IMG/VR virus record: IMGVR_UViG_3300002220_000062
Location: 27,454 to 91,453 of that record
DNA length: 64,000 bases
Reading direction: 5' to 3' (one strand)
Origin: a virus
Lineage: Duplodnaviria; Caudoviricetes
Positions 37,301 to 46,317 of the stretch are shown piece after piece. The stretch's first letter is position 1, and every line of letters begins with the position of its first letter. The position numbers were made by a program, and so were the translations under genes. The notes beneath the pieces were generated by a model. It was not told the origin of the DNA. It saw only the letters and a program-made list of their open reading frames with translations, and made no database searches.

Positions 37301-39253
37301 ATCTGCTGGAGTTGCTGTATTTATATATGATTTGCCACCTACTTTTTTATAACTTAACATTTTATTATAAATGTCTGCAAAAAAGTCATTCATTGAGATA
37401 GATTTATTATCTTCTGCATTTTTTGCATCACCCATTTCTTGTAATGAGTTAAATACAACTAAATCAAAGTCTTCTATTCTTTGTTTAGAGACTCTAATTT
37501 GTTCTTCTTCTGATACATTTAAATCCAATCCTAAAAGGTATTGCATATAAAATGAACCTTTAGTGTATGGGGTAGATTTATAATAAGTTAATAAAATATT
37601 TCTATCTCTTTTCCATTCTTTAACCCTTGTAGATAAATAAGATGGATATGAATATAACCATTTAGATTTACCTGTTGAGAAAATAGAAGCATCTGAGCCA
37701 TCTTTTAAATAAAAAGAATGTGCATTTGCTAATACATTAAATTCATTTTGGTCATCAAATGGATTTATATTAAAGTTATTTAAAGATTTTACAGTTAATT
37801 TATCAATAAAGAAAGTAATAGAATTTATTAATTTAATTAACTTTTGTACTCTCTTATCATTATCTACTTCTATGTTACTTAAGTTATCTAAATAATGGTC
37901 AAATCCCTCAGGTGTTGTAATAACACCCATACTCTCTAATAATTTTCTAACACTAAGTGTAGAGGCATTTAAATTATTTTCATTTGGTTTAATAGTCTTA
38001 AAATCACTAGCAAGGTCTTTTAGCCCTTTAAGTGATGTACTATTAAATAAATTATTTACAGCAAATAATTGTATAAAATTATGATTCCAATTATTTTTTA
38101 TAAATCTATTTTTACCACCTACATTAGATAAGTTTTGTACACTATGAACTATAATATTCTTTTTTCCAATTGCCTCTCCAGTTAATGGGTCAACATCAGC
38201 TACTTGTTTAACTTCATATATAGTTCCTATAAAATTGTTTTTATGTAAATTAAAAGCTTGTACAAACTCAGCTTTTAAATAAGGACTCATATCTTTTAAT
38301 AAAGGAATTAAATCCTTTAAGTATTGTTTCTTACCAGATAATGTAGAAAGTTCTGTAAGATACATTTCAAATAAATCTTCTCCAACTAAACTTGTTTTGT
38401 CTGTTAAATTAGCTAATAATGTTCCATATACATCATCAAATGAACGTAACTCTGGTTCTAAAAATAAAGGGTCAAGATTTTCAGTATCAACTAATAATGA
38501 TAATCTTAATTTTATATTAGCCGATATATTATCTTTAGTACTTTTTTCAAAGGATGCTTTATCATATGATGCACCTCTTTCTCCTTCTTCTTCATCTAAC
38601 ATATCTTCCACTTCAGTAGTTTCCTTGTACACAAGTTTTAACTCTCTGAAGTAATTCTCAACATGTTTTACCCACTCATCTATATTATCTAAAGATTGCT
38701 CTAGTATAACAGCATTAATACGTCTAGTCATATCAGGACTAGCCTTTAACTCTATTACTTTTGACTTTATTTTATTTTCAATACTAGTTCTTAAATTAAC
38801 TAAATTCTCAGTTACATCAAAGTCATTAAAGTTATCACCAATTCTACTAGATACAAAATTTAAAGCTAGTCTTTTAGCAGTAGACCTAATTACTTCATTA
38901 CTAAATCTAGTGTTTAATTTTCTATCTGTAATTGGAAAATATACTTTTATATTATTTTGATTAGTGTAGTAATATTTACCATACTTATTATCAAATTCTA
39001 ACTTAGGTTCACCATTATCATCTACTCTTCGTTGATTAACTTCTCTTTCAAGAAATGGTTTTTTAAAGTCTTCTTCTAAATCTATTGCTTTATTATTATC
39101 ATCAGTAGCAAATTCTTTTAAGAAAGTACCATTTGTTTTAAAATAGTCATAATACTCCTTAGTTAAATCTTCATTCTTATTTGTTATATTATTAAATATA
39201 GTATTAAATAATATAGAATCTTGTTTATTTTCTAATTTTATTGTACAACTCAT
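31385..39253 (-). CDS. Virion RNA polymerase (crAss-like), catalytic subunit
   Basis: 2622 aa; YRIPNQ...TGSDFDIDKMY with DFDID at 35159-35173, the catalytic motif of crAss-like vRNAP; DAQAW upstream. Confidence 0.9.
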   Translation of the reverse strand: MSCTIKLENKQDSILFNTIFNNITNKNEDLTKEYYDYFKTNGTFLKEFATDDNNKAIDLEEDFKKPFLEREVNQRRVDDNGEPKLEFDNKYGKYYYTNQNNIKVYFPITDRKLNTRFSNEVIRSTAKRLALNFVSSRIGDNFNDFDVTENLVNLRTSIENKIKSKVIELKASPDMTRRINAVILEQSLDNIDEWVKHVENYFRELKLVYKETTEVEDMLDEEEGERGASYDKASFEKSTKDNISANIKLRLSLLVDTENLDPLFLEPELRSFDDVYGTLLANLTDKTSLVGEDLFEMYLTELSTLSGKKQYLKDLIPLLKDMSPYLKAEFVQAFNLHKNNFIGTIYEVKQVADVDPLTGEAIGKKNIIVHSVQNLSNVGGKNRFIKNNWNHNFIQLFAVNNLFNSTSLKGLKDLASDFKTIKPNENNLNASTLSVRKLLESMGVITTPEGFDHYLDNLSNIEVDNDKRVQKLIKLINSITFFIDKLTVKSLNNFNINPFDDQNEFNVLANAHSFYLKDGSDASIFSTGKSKWLYSYPSYLSTRVKEWKRDRNILLTYYKSTPYTKGSFYMQYLLGLDLNVSEEEQIRVSKQRIEDFDLVVFNSLQEMGDAKNAEDNKSISMNDFFADIYNKMLSYKKVGGKSYINTATPADKSTQYQFELTKGMVVDSNTKFVDGKAIISEPSQEILYNYVKSEFNRIKVVQEELALAKATNDSSKLRMFYHLNGDKRANGLQFQLFNSLNFENFNAVESGFSLYNEDGTIIDMDLDVVKEDILKVINQTVSQDILDTYKQIRNIGLVTLNSLGQEVNKGFDSEIWDSYAGSKLTGLKLAGDVYVNGLISQIEYSKMFSGDVAYYKNMVDYKKRIPATYTDGLQLYLKEGQETYNVAIIEDVLITSPFNENLKELFTEKEWRTIGKFYERKVDKKGEVIQDGIDSTDAQAWITPERWKFLKQGLGKWANIDDIVFDKLMQINKEPFTVDELKRAAQPLKGVYFEINNGVPTYLKYSQAVLLPQLVKNNPGLKRLADQMVTDNIDELITGQGIKVGSNLPTKSHDENGKVLDNFKLNPLTLKNSGWKLQQDLPTKTFKDTAVGSQIQKNIFAGLAFNPTEEFIMDGEEINGENLLNYINKIVETLSNKGKSSFQKEFGISSNNKIGNIARLNKVLVDELKTRRAPQNVIDALESGLSPFGIPGYQQKLQNIFASISLKRLVKIQTNGGAFIQMANYGFSNEEANQKGVIWTPWAMNTTHEPTFLRDDNGEFILSKTGRKIIRPGGVLLSGSFIAKYVPDYASKTPAQLFGTKENNYTDGLIDQRILRNIVSYRIPNQALASNDAIEVVGILPAEVGDTIITYTGITTKTGSDFDIDKMYLMMPSFKALYKNAGKIREYIYTNLRGKTLLQTSKKVADLLDELGVEDSSQLDEESIVRFLFGGDVKDILNHDVNELVNFILHSDSKSKLLENIKKEIPNYNVVSKLEYIKEDNNLETNSVKGLQNKLIEAYKAVLTNPKVIKEVMTPIDYSFIKDDIKDLFPIPPSTNLSDFNLINEIELKYQFIAGKAGVGQTANAVVDHVRGMMASLGFHKYNLGIGKMNSQEETTFDSEYSQPLSDEDFEYYNKTVKTSDKSLKKINIANSLSALLNAYVDIARDPYITRGNWTTQTANVGFMLLRAGVHPYYVNALIGQPVIKEYINFITNAESKINKNTGNIEEKYVESKVVEELESFAPKTINGVTKSYRTIYESTKGDISIKTLSRLFKSKVSEEQFEEIKKVIFVTKGRFKSRKGFKINSLSLKELRVQINGKANPETQMNIFYTFIEWQNQAKKIKENNDASKVDVSGYGKNVTSLIIMKNLIHNLINNDEAEEGNFKGFSTKLVKNGKYTLLGAYTENIINFIGDVMEANPSTFLIANPTVVNTFNAISKSIYGTDLLSEKLATKLENSYYSYIMSGFGPLKMTQHNRWAIVTKTVDILDAYKKVSKNLLVQELEIKTNETGMKFIGMSNRKKSASIENDLTTAWLDLMNDNPELSTMLIKYSFLSSGFQMNINQFYSYIPYEWFAKNNLNDYIIDTAIELNNMGGKIDTVFQHDFFKANKEDYQVTKKIFDNEVNTKLPNNDYGFALYPSEKSMTREWVKKNAKSPEGNPIERSYRLIGFTPANNPVYIASETLGYSDRKGFKVLEYSKWDETNRSIFPLNQLTLTPEITGQFYALINPEKVEEEKEKSISAEEIDTRVKTEIKKEPTNMGDFTNHSGGANGSDSEWDYIGEEFGMVNNKHYYLNTKTPRGNVNISDMSEAIEGPSMVAKAAKAMWGYKYATMKEEKLIRNWAQVKNSDAVFAISSIGKAGDVWKADLGKPKAEQRVLIKDAIQGGTGYAVEMAIQQNKPVYVFDQNESKWFTWNGSEFTEVNTPSLTKNFAGIGTREINEIGKQAITDVYINTLQGVENVEQKPRQVKVDLENKWTVLKNQPVYTTDGVNTMRTLNRTHEYSHFGNPFSEGGVNGTIKLSSEGISAVTAAANTYKDWLLGKKDYADYTTANGETIVLRSVEPEQREWILDEINSGKLDNATLLYDKRLAGRNEGTHAESLAEVINELRNIKPYTENKSKIKIDPSQLDLFNDNNDAINKPCK

Positions 39254-39255
39254 TA

Positions 39256-42200
39256 TTATTTACATTTTAAAAGTAGTGTAGCTATATTTAATTTTCTTTC
39301 TTCAGCCATAATTCTTATAGCTTCAAATTTTTCTGCATTAGTTTTTTTCCCCATAATATTATTATATATATCACTTCCTAATTGTAGGTGCCCAAGATTA
39401 GATAATTCTATTATGATTTTAACTATAACATCATCTGTAACCTCAATTGTATCTGTTGTAATATTTTTTTGTTTTAACTCCTCAACTACTTTTGATTCAG
39501 TAGTATTTGGAACTTCATGCAAAGGTACAACTTTTTCTTGAAATTTCCTAATTTTTTCAGGTTTATTTTCTTCTAAAGTATCCCAATTAACCAAATTTTG
39601 TATAGCTGTCCCAATTGGACTTGAAGATAATATTACTGTTCCTTTTTCATTTGTAATTACACCATTACCATTTACAATAGCTACAGTATACTTTTTACCT
39701 TTATATGTAATTTCTTGTGATGGTTCTAAAATATCTTCAAAGTTTTCTTTACCTTGTTCTTCTTGTAATTTAAGTTCTTTTTTTCTAGCTACAGGAACAG
39801 TATCTATTAACTTACGTTCTTCAGCAGTAAAATCAGTAAAAGGTCTACCATTAGGTTTAACCATTTCTCTTACTAAATCTTCTGCTCTAATAGTTTCAAT
39901 ATTACTTTGGTTTTCTGCATCTGTTAACTTTCTAGGTCTTTTTAATTTTTCTTCTAAATATTTATCTACATCATCTCTAGTAAGAAAATATTCTTGATTT
40001 TTACCATCAATAGTATATCCACTTTTATCAGAATATTGAATTAACATTTTATCTACAGCATTTATACCTACTCTAGATTCCATAACTTCATCCATTAATC
40101 TTATATAATCTTGAATTATATCATCAGGAATAGATTGTAATATACTATTAGCTAATTCAGCTATATTATCAGAATTTATTTGACTTACTACAGAATCATT
40201 AATATTTATTCCTTCATTTAATGTTCCTCTTATTATATTTAATAAATCTGTTAATTTTCTTATATCTTCCCCATTCTTTATACCAGCTTTTAATAAATCT
40301 TGTAATTGTTTTATTTTGTTTTTAAGTAAAGGTTCTTTTGTTTTCCAATGTTTACTTAATAATTCAGTAGGTGTGAAAGATTTATTATTAACAAAATCTA
40401 CAACTTTATTAATAAGTAAATCTATATTAGACTTAGAATTTATAATAATAGGTATAATTTCTGTTTTAGCACCTCCAGATACATTTACTTTATCTGAATT
40501 AAGATATATACCAGAGAATCCTTGAAAGGTTGGTGTAAACTCACCAACAACTGCATTTGTATTTAATATTTTATTAGATAATAAATATGTTAAATAATTA
40601 TCATTTGTTTCAATTGTTGCTTTGGTAGTACTCCCCTTTTTAGGTTTAATATTTATATTATATCTTTTATTATTTTGTAACCATTGAGAAAAATGCTCCT
40701 TATTAAAATCTTTTGCATTTTCTATAACTTTCCCAGTAGTTTTAGAATTACCATACACAAAATTAGATACACCTTTTTTCTTAGTACCAGTAAATTTAAC
40801 CCTACTCTTAGTACTCTTACTCATATCCCAAATTAAGAAATCTACTATATCTTTTAAAGTAACATCATTGAATGGTTTACCAATCAACTTTATCTCTTCT
40901 GCAAAAGTTTCTTTTATTTGTTTAATTAATTCAGGATTTTTAATCTCTGATAATGTTGTAGATTTTTCTACTGTATCATTTTGTAATCTTAATTCATATA
41001 AACTTGCCAATAAATCAGCATCTGTTTTATTTATTTTTTGAATATTTAACTTTAATGGAAACTTAAATCCATTAGCCATAGGAATTATCATATATATCTC
41101 CCCAGCAGTATTAGTCTTATCAAAATAAGGATATATAGTACCATCTATAAATTGTAGTTGTCCTAAAGCATTTACAAATCCTAATCTTTTCTTTACTTCT
41201 CCTACTCTTCTTTCTTGTGAAATTTTATATAAGAAATGTAAATCAAGTACAGAATTTTCAGCTACTTTGCCATCTACTTTACCATCTACTTGTAATTCTC
41301 CAGCATATTGGCCTTCTATTTCTCCAGTAATTTCTTCTATGGAACTCTTTGCAATTAATGCATTAACAATTTTAGTTCTTAGTAATTTAGAGGAGTTATC
41401 AAATTTATTAGAAGTTCCATTTGATGTATATTTTGTATGTATAGGTGCTTGTTGTTCTCCTAATACTACATTTATAGGTAAATAGTTAATAAGAGTATCT
41501 ATTTCTTCTTTGGTTAAAGTTTCACCAGCTACTAATCTATCATAGATTTTTACTGCTTTATTCCAATTAGCTTTACTAGTTTTTACTATACTACTATCTG
41601 TTGGTACAACCTCACCAGAAGTTCTATTAACAGCAAAGTTAACAGCAACTCCTTTCTTATTTCTTGGGTCTTGTTCTAAAGATATAAATTTATCATCTAC
41701 AAATGATAATTTAGTTTTCTTTACTCTATCATATGATAAAATAGGAGTACCATTACCTCTTTTTAGTTCATCTCCAGTTTCATTATTCTCATTTGTCTTA
41801 GGTATAAGTTTATCGTGATTATCACTACCATCTGTATTAAACTCAGATTCAAGATTAACTTCTACTTCTTTTGTTACTTTTTTATTTATAACCACAACAG
41901 CACCAGTCTCCATTACTTCTAATGTAATGGTGGTAGCTGTAATATCATCAGGAGATGCTAAAACAATATGATTATATAAATCAGACTCATCAAGTTGACC
42001 ATTAGAATTATTTATTAATTCTTGTGAGATTGGAACTAATTCCCCAACATTGTAATTTGATACAATTTCTTCTATATTATCTTCAGCTTCCTCTTCTTCT
42101 ACCTCTTTGTTTTCTTTATTCTCATTAGTAGTTTCTTTCTGTTTATTTGCTTGTTCAACACCTTTTGCTGTAATCTCATCTTTTAATTGTGCTTTTTTAG

Positions 42201-44436
42201 CAGCTACAGCCACTTTTAAAGCTTTGTCCGCTACAGTATTAGTATAAGTAATGTTATCTAACTCTTCTGGTGTTTTAGCCTCTGAAATCTTCTTTTGTAT
42301 TGCTTCAATTTTAACTTGATTAGCAGCTTCTAATGCTTTCTCTAAGTTCTCTCTATCTTTTACTTCAGCAGCAAATGTTTTTTCATGATTAACTTTATTC
42401 CAAAATTCATTATCTTGTTTATTTACTTCTTCCAAAGTAGCAGTAAATTCCGCTATATCATCATTTAATTCTTTTATTGCAAAGTTATTTTTACTAAGTT
42501 CTACCCCAGTATCACTCAGTAAATCTAAGTCTACAGGTAAACCAAGGGACATTAATAAATTAGACCTAGTTGTTTTTGTTTTATCTATTTGTTCTTCATA
42601 GAAATATTTTGCATTCTTACTACTTATATATGTAGATGCTAATTTATTATAAAATCTCTTTTTATCATCAGCAGTTGCATTTTCATTTTCTAATTTTACT
42701 AATGCTGGTGCAAATTGACTAAAAGTATTAAAGTCTTGTGATAATTTTTCAGCTCTTGATAATATAGTTTTAGAAATATCCTCTACTTCTTTTTTTTCTT
42801 TTAAAGCAACTTCTTCAATAGTTTTTGATTGCTCAAAGTATTGATGTAGAGCTGTTAATCCTAATTCATCATTAAATATAAAATTCTTGATTAATTCCCC
42901 ACTAACAAAAGCACGCATACTTTCTATAGTCTTTTCATCTCCTGATGCTATTGCTTTATCATAATATTCAGATAAGTGTTCAGATAATCCAATTGCTTGA
43001 GCTTTATCTTTAAATTTCTTTGGGTCTAAAGTTCCATCTTCTTTATGAACATCTCCTGTAAATATTTGATAGAAACTATCTAATTTAGCCAGTTCTGGTA
43101 ATAAATTATTTAAAGCTTTAGATTCTTGATTCTTTTGTAATATATTAGTTACTACTTGCATAGGTCCGCCCATCATTGAACCAAGCAAAACTGCTTTTTG
43201 GCCTTCTACACTAGTAATCATATCTATATAAGCTGGTCCTAAATCCCCTAATAAATCAAATTGTGATTTTAATGTATTTAATACACCTTCTCCTCTTTGT
43301 TCACCTTTAACTGCTCTATTCACATGATATTCTTCCGCAACAGATTGCATACCTTCCTCAAAGAAACCTTCTCTTAAAGAACCTTTTCCAAAAGTTTTAG
43401 CCCCTTCTCCAACTTTACTTAATAAAGATTTAGTTGGCATTGTAGTTAATACTTTACCAGCATCATCTACAATATTACCCGTAGCTTTATTTAAACCTTT
43501 ACCCCATAGCATTTTTGCCATAATTAAGTTGGGAACAGCAAGAATAGTTACATTTGATATAAATACATCACGCATAGCTTCTCCCTTACCAATATCAAAA
43601 TCTTCCTGAGATATTTCACCACTATCTAATTTTGGTTGCATCCTTGCTACATAACTATCTCCAGCACCTTTTGCCTCTGCGCCTGCTTCAAATATTGTAT
43701 TAGCAATTGCAGCAGAGGTAACATTTATAGAACCTGGAGTAACATTAATTTTTCCTAATACTGAAACAGCATCATCTACTTTAGAACCCATAGCACCAAT
43801 TTTATTTACACCTGCAAATAATTTAGCACCTATACCCATTTTATTAATAATAGCACCAGGAGCAAACATAGCTAACATATAACCAAGACCGTCCGCACCT
43901 TCTTTTGCCCAAAAATCTATGGATTTAAAATTCTCCCATATATTACCATTTTCAACTGCCTTTTTAACATATACAGGAAGTAATTCAGTATTAACTGTTT
44001 CATTTAGATTATCAAGACTTTTAATCCATGAATTATTAACTGCTGTTTCAAAAAACTGATTATTTTCACTGTCAAATATTTCTCCAATACCTCCTATAAT
44101 TGTACCTCCTATTGTTGGAACCATTTTTAAAACCTCTATACCAGCTTTAGTAATAACTCTACCAGTCCCACTTCCTAATTTAGATAACCAAGGTTGTCTT
44201 TGCGCTCTATTTTCTGATATTAATTCTTGAGAACCAAATGAATCTTCTTTACCATCTTGATTTAAACTAACATTTGATAGTAGACCAACATCATATTTAC
44301 TTTTACCATAGTCTAAACCCCTAACTACTTCTGTAGAAGGGGTTCTAGATGTTTTAAATTTTTTAAACCCTGGTTGTTTTAATATACCAATGTCAAATTT
44401 AGCATCATAACTATTTAATAATTGTTCATCATCCAT
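39256..44436 (-). CDS. Large virion ejection protein of the RNAP cluster
   Basis: About 1725 aa; Gly/Ala-rich hydrophobic N-terminal region, FFEEGMQ, coiled-coil middle; ATG 44436 preferred to avoid a long overlap. Confidence 0.7.
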   Translation of the reverse strand: MDDEQLLNSYDAKFDIGILKQPGFKKFKTSRTPSTEVVRGLDYGKSKYDVGLLSNVSLNQDGKEDSFGSQELISENRAQRQPWLSKLGSGTGRVITKAGIEVLKMVPTIGGTIIGGIGEIFDSENNQFFETAVNNSWIKSLDNLNETVNTELLPVYVKKAVENGNIWENFKSIDFWAKEGADGLGYMLAMFAPGAIINKMGIGAKLFAGVNKIGAMGSKVDDAVSVLGKINVTPGSINVTSAAIANTIFEAGAEAKGAGDSYVARMQPKLDSGEISQEDFDIGKGEAMRDVFISNVTILAVPNLIMAKMLWGKGLNKATGNIVDDAGKVLTTMPTKSLLSKVGEGAKTFGKGSLREGFFEEGMQSVAEEYHVNRAVKGEQRGEGVLNTLKSQFDLLGDLGPAYIDMITSVEGQKAVLLGSMMGGPMQVVTNILQKNQESKALNNLLPELAKLDSFYQIFTGDVHKEDGTLDPKKFKDKAQAIGLSEHLSEYYDKAIASGDEKTIESMRAFVSGELIKNFIFNDELGLTALHQYFEQSKTIEEVALKEKKEVEDISKTILSRAEKLSQDFNTFSQFAPALVKLENENATADDKKRFYNKLASTYISSKNAKYFYEEQIDKTKTTRSNLLMSLGLPVDLDLLSDTGVELSKNNFAIKELNDDIAEFTATLEEVNKQDNEFWNKVNHEKTFAAEVKDRENLEKALEAANQVKIEAIQKKISEAKTPEELDNITYTNTVADKALKVAVAAKKAQLKDEITAKGVEQANKQKETTNENKENKEVEEEEAEDNIEEIVSNYNVGELVPISQELINNSNGQLDESDLYNHIVLASPDDITATTITLEVMETGAVVVINKKVTKEVEVNLESEFNTDGSDNHDKLIPKTNENNETGDELKRGNGTPILSYDRVKKTKLSFVDDKFISLEQDPRNKKGVAVNFAVNRTSGEVVPTDSSIVKTSKANWNKAVKIYDRLVAGETLTKEEIDTLINYLPINVVLGEQQAPIHTKYTSNGTSNKFDNSSKLLRTKIVNALIAKSSIEEITGEIEGQYAGELQVDGKVDGKVAENSVLDLHFLYKISQERRVGEVKKRLGFVNALGQLQFIDGTIYPYFDKTNTAGEIYMIIPMANGFKFPLKLNIQKINKTDADLLASLYELRLQNDTVEKSTTLSEIKNPELIKQIKETFAEEIKLIGKPFNDVTLKDIVDFLIWDMSKSTKSRVKFTGTKKKGVSNFVYGNSKTTGKVIENAKDFNKEHFSQWLQNNKRYNINIKPKKGSTTKATIETNDNYLTYLLSNKILNTNAVVGEFTPTFQGFSGIYLNSDKVNVSGGAKTEIIPIIINSKSNIDLLINKVVDFVNNKSFTPTELLSKHWKTKEPLLKNKIKQLQDLLKAGIKNGEDIRKLTDLLNIIRGTLNEGININDSVVSQINSDNIAELANSILQSIPDDIIQDYIRLMDEVMESRVGINAVDKMLIQYSDKSGYTIDGKNQEYFLTRDDVDKYLEEKLKRPRKLTDAENQSNIETIRAEDLVREMVKPNGRPFTDFTAEERKLIDTVPVARKKELKLQEEQGKENFEDILEPSQEITYKGKKYTVAIVNGNGVITNEKGTVILSSSPIGTAIQNLVNWDTLEENKPEKIRKFQEKVVPLHEVPNTTESKVVEELKQKNITTDTIEVTDDVIVKIIIELSNLGHLQLGSDIYNNIMGKKTNAEKFEAIRIMAEERKLNIATLLLKCK
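39520..39551 (-). promoter_or_regulatory. Intragenic Bacteroidota-type promoter about 270 nt upstream of the vRNAP gene
   Basis: Minus strand TTAGGAA-N17-TACCTTTG, same spacing as four intergenic copies. Confidence 0.6.
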
Positions 44437-44437
44437 T

Positions 44438-46315
44438 TTATTTCTTCTTTTTTGTAGTTCTAGGAATTGCACCATTTGCATTCATAAAGAAATCTTGTAA
44501 TTGGTCTTCTGTTAAAAGTGTTGGAGCCCCAAAATTTCCATCTTCATCTTTTTGATTTATCATATAAGACATTTCTTGACCACCTTGATTAACTCTATTA
44601 GTTAAATATACTACTTGTGTATTAGAAGGTTTTCCATTGGGAAGTGGTATTGTGTATGGTATATCTGGTAATTTATTAGTATTAACAAAAGTGTCATTAA
44701 ATTCAGTATCAGCAGCATATTCAGGTGAGTTTAATTCTGTAGCATCCCTACTAACTAATATAGTTTTTAATTTTCCATCTTCGGCTCTGTATTGCATTTT
44801 TAATGGAGAAACAAATAACTTTTTATTTTGTTGTGTTCCGTATTTATCAGTATTAAAATTTTTTGGACTATAATAACCAGAGTAAGTTAAAGTTTTGAAA
44901 TTCTTTTTAATTTCATCAGGTAAATCTTCATAAGACATTACCTTTCCATCTATAGAATATTTTCTACTTTCAGGATTAGCTTGTACAAGGTCTGCAATTT
45001 CAGCTCTAGTTGTTTTAGTAGCCCCTACACTTCTATCACCATATGTTTTTACAAAATCATCTGTTATTATGATATCTTGCCGTTGTATTGATTTATTAAT
45101 ATTATAATAATCTCTTACAGTTTTAACACCTAATTTAGAATATGGGGATATACCTTGTAAAGCTTTGTTATTTTGTTGTAAAGCTTTAAATATTTTATCA
45201 TACTCTATTCGTTCTTTAGCACTTAATTGATTTGTAATACTGGCAGGTGTAGGTGGTTCTGTACTGTTTGTAACAACTAAAGCACCATTTATATCTTGTA
45301 CTGTTCTTTTAGGAGCTACATTTACTCCACCTAATACATTATCAAGTTTATTAACAACAGCACTAGAATATACTTCTACACTTGAATCTTGGTCATACTC
45401 ATATCTAAGTGGAGATACACTATCAGTATTAACACCTAATTCTGCTGGAGATTTATACCCAGATATTTCAGAACTTGTTTGTTTTGAATAAGCTTGTTTT
45501 TCAAACACTTTATTTAATCCTTCAACTTCTTGTAAAGCTTGTGCTGGAGTTTTTCTTTGTTCTACTAAAGACCTACCAATTTCAGAATTTGGATTATTAA
45601 TTTGATTATTAATATAATCAACTGCGTATTGTAAATTATCTATATTAGAAGAATATGCTGTTTTAGCACCTTTTGTTAATATATATTGTCCTGGATTATT
45701 TGGGTCATTTGTTATAATATTAGAAGTTAATGAACCTATATCACTAGATTTTACACCAGCCTTAACAAATAAATCTTGTAATTTATCAGTAACATTAATA
45801 TAATTTGGACTATATCGTTCTTGTATATTAGTTATATTACCTGTTGCTGCAAATTCATCAGCATATTTCTTTTCTACATCTTTCCAATTCTCAGCTATAG
45901 CATCTGCAGGGTATCCTAATTTAGTTGCATTAGCAATATAACTTGCTTTATTAAGTTCTAAAGTCTTTTTAGCTGTTTGTATTTTACCTAAAGTACCTGT
46001 AGGACTTATAGCTTGTTGGTACTCTTTATTAAGTCTTATAAAATCAGTTTTTGATGTTGGTGAGAACCCCTTAGTAGCTAAATCTTCTGCTTGCTTACTC
46101 ATTTTAGTGTATAATTCAGCTTGTTTTTGTTTTGCTACATCACTATGTATAAGTAATGGGTCTATTTGAGCCAATTGAGTTTCTATACCCGCTCTAGCTT
46201 CATCTAATTGATTATGTTGCCCTCTCATATAAGAAGGAGCAACCATTAGTTCCTGTAATGTACGAGGTGTATATCTAGCAGGTTGTATATTTGTATAACG
46301 ATTCACTGTTGCCAT
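44438..46315 (-). CDS. Putative virion cargo/ejection protein
   Basis: 625 aa, no Cys seen, located upstream of the RNAP cluster. Confidence 0.6.
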   Translation of the reverse strand: MATVNRYTNIQPARYTPRTLQELMVAPSYMRGQHNQLDEARAGIETQLAQIDPLLIHSDVAKQKQAELYTKMSKQAEDLATKGFSPTSKTDFIRLNKEYQQAISPTGTLGKIQTAKKTLELNKASYIANATKLGYPADAIAENWKDVEKKYADEFAATGNITNIQERYSPNYINVTDKLQDLFVKAGVKSSDIGSLTSNIITNDPNNPGQYILTKGAKTAYSSNIDNLQYAVDYINNQINNPNSEIGRSLVEQRKTPAQALQEVEGLNKVFEKQAYSKQTSSEISGYKSPAELGVNTDSVSPLRYEYDQDSSVEVYSSAVVNKLDNVLGGVNVAPKRTVQDINGALVVTNSTEPPTPASITNQLSAKERIEYDKIFKALQQNNKALQGISPYSKLGVKTVRDYYNINKSIQRQDIIITDDFVKTYGDRSVGATKTTRAEIADLVQANPESRKYSIDGKVMSYEDLPDEIKKNFKTLTYSGYYSPKNFNTDKYGTQQNKKLFVSPLKMQYRAEDGKLKTILVSRDATELNSPEYAADTEFNDTFVNTNKLPDIPYTIPLPNGKPSNTQVVYLTNRVNQGGQEMSYMINQKDEDGNFGAPTLLTEDQLQDFFMNANGAIPRTTKKKK

Positions 46316-46317
46316 TC

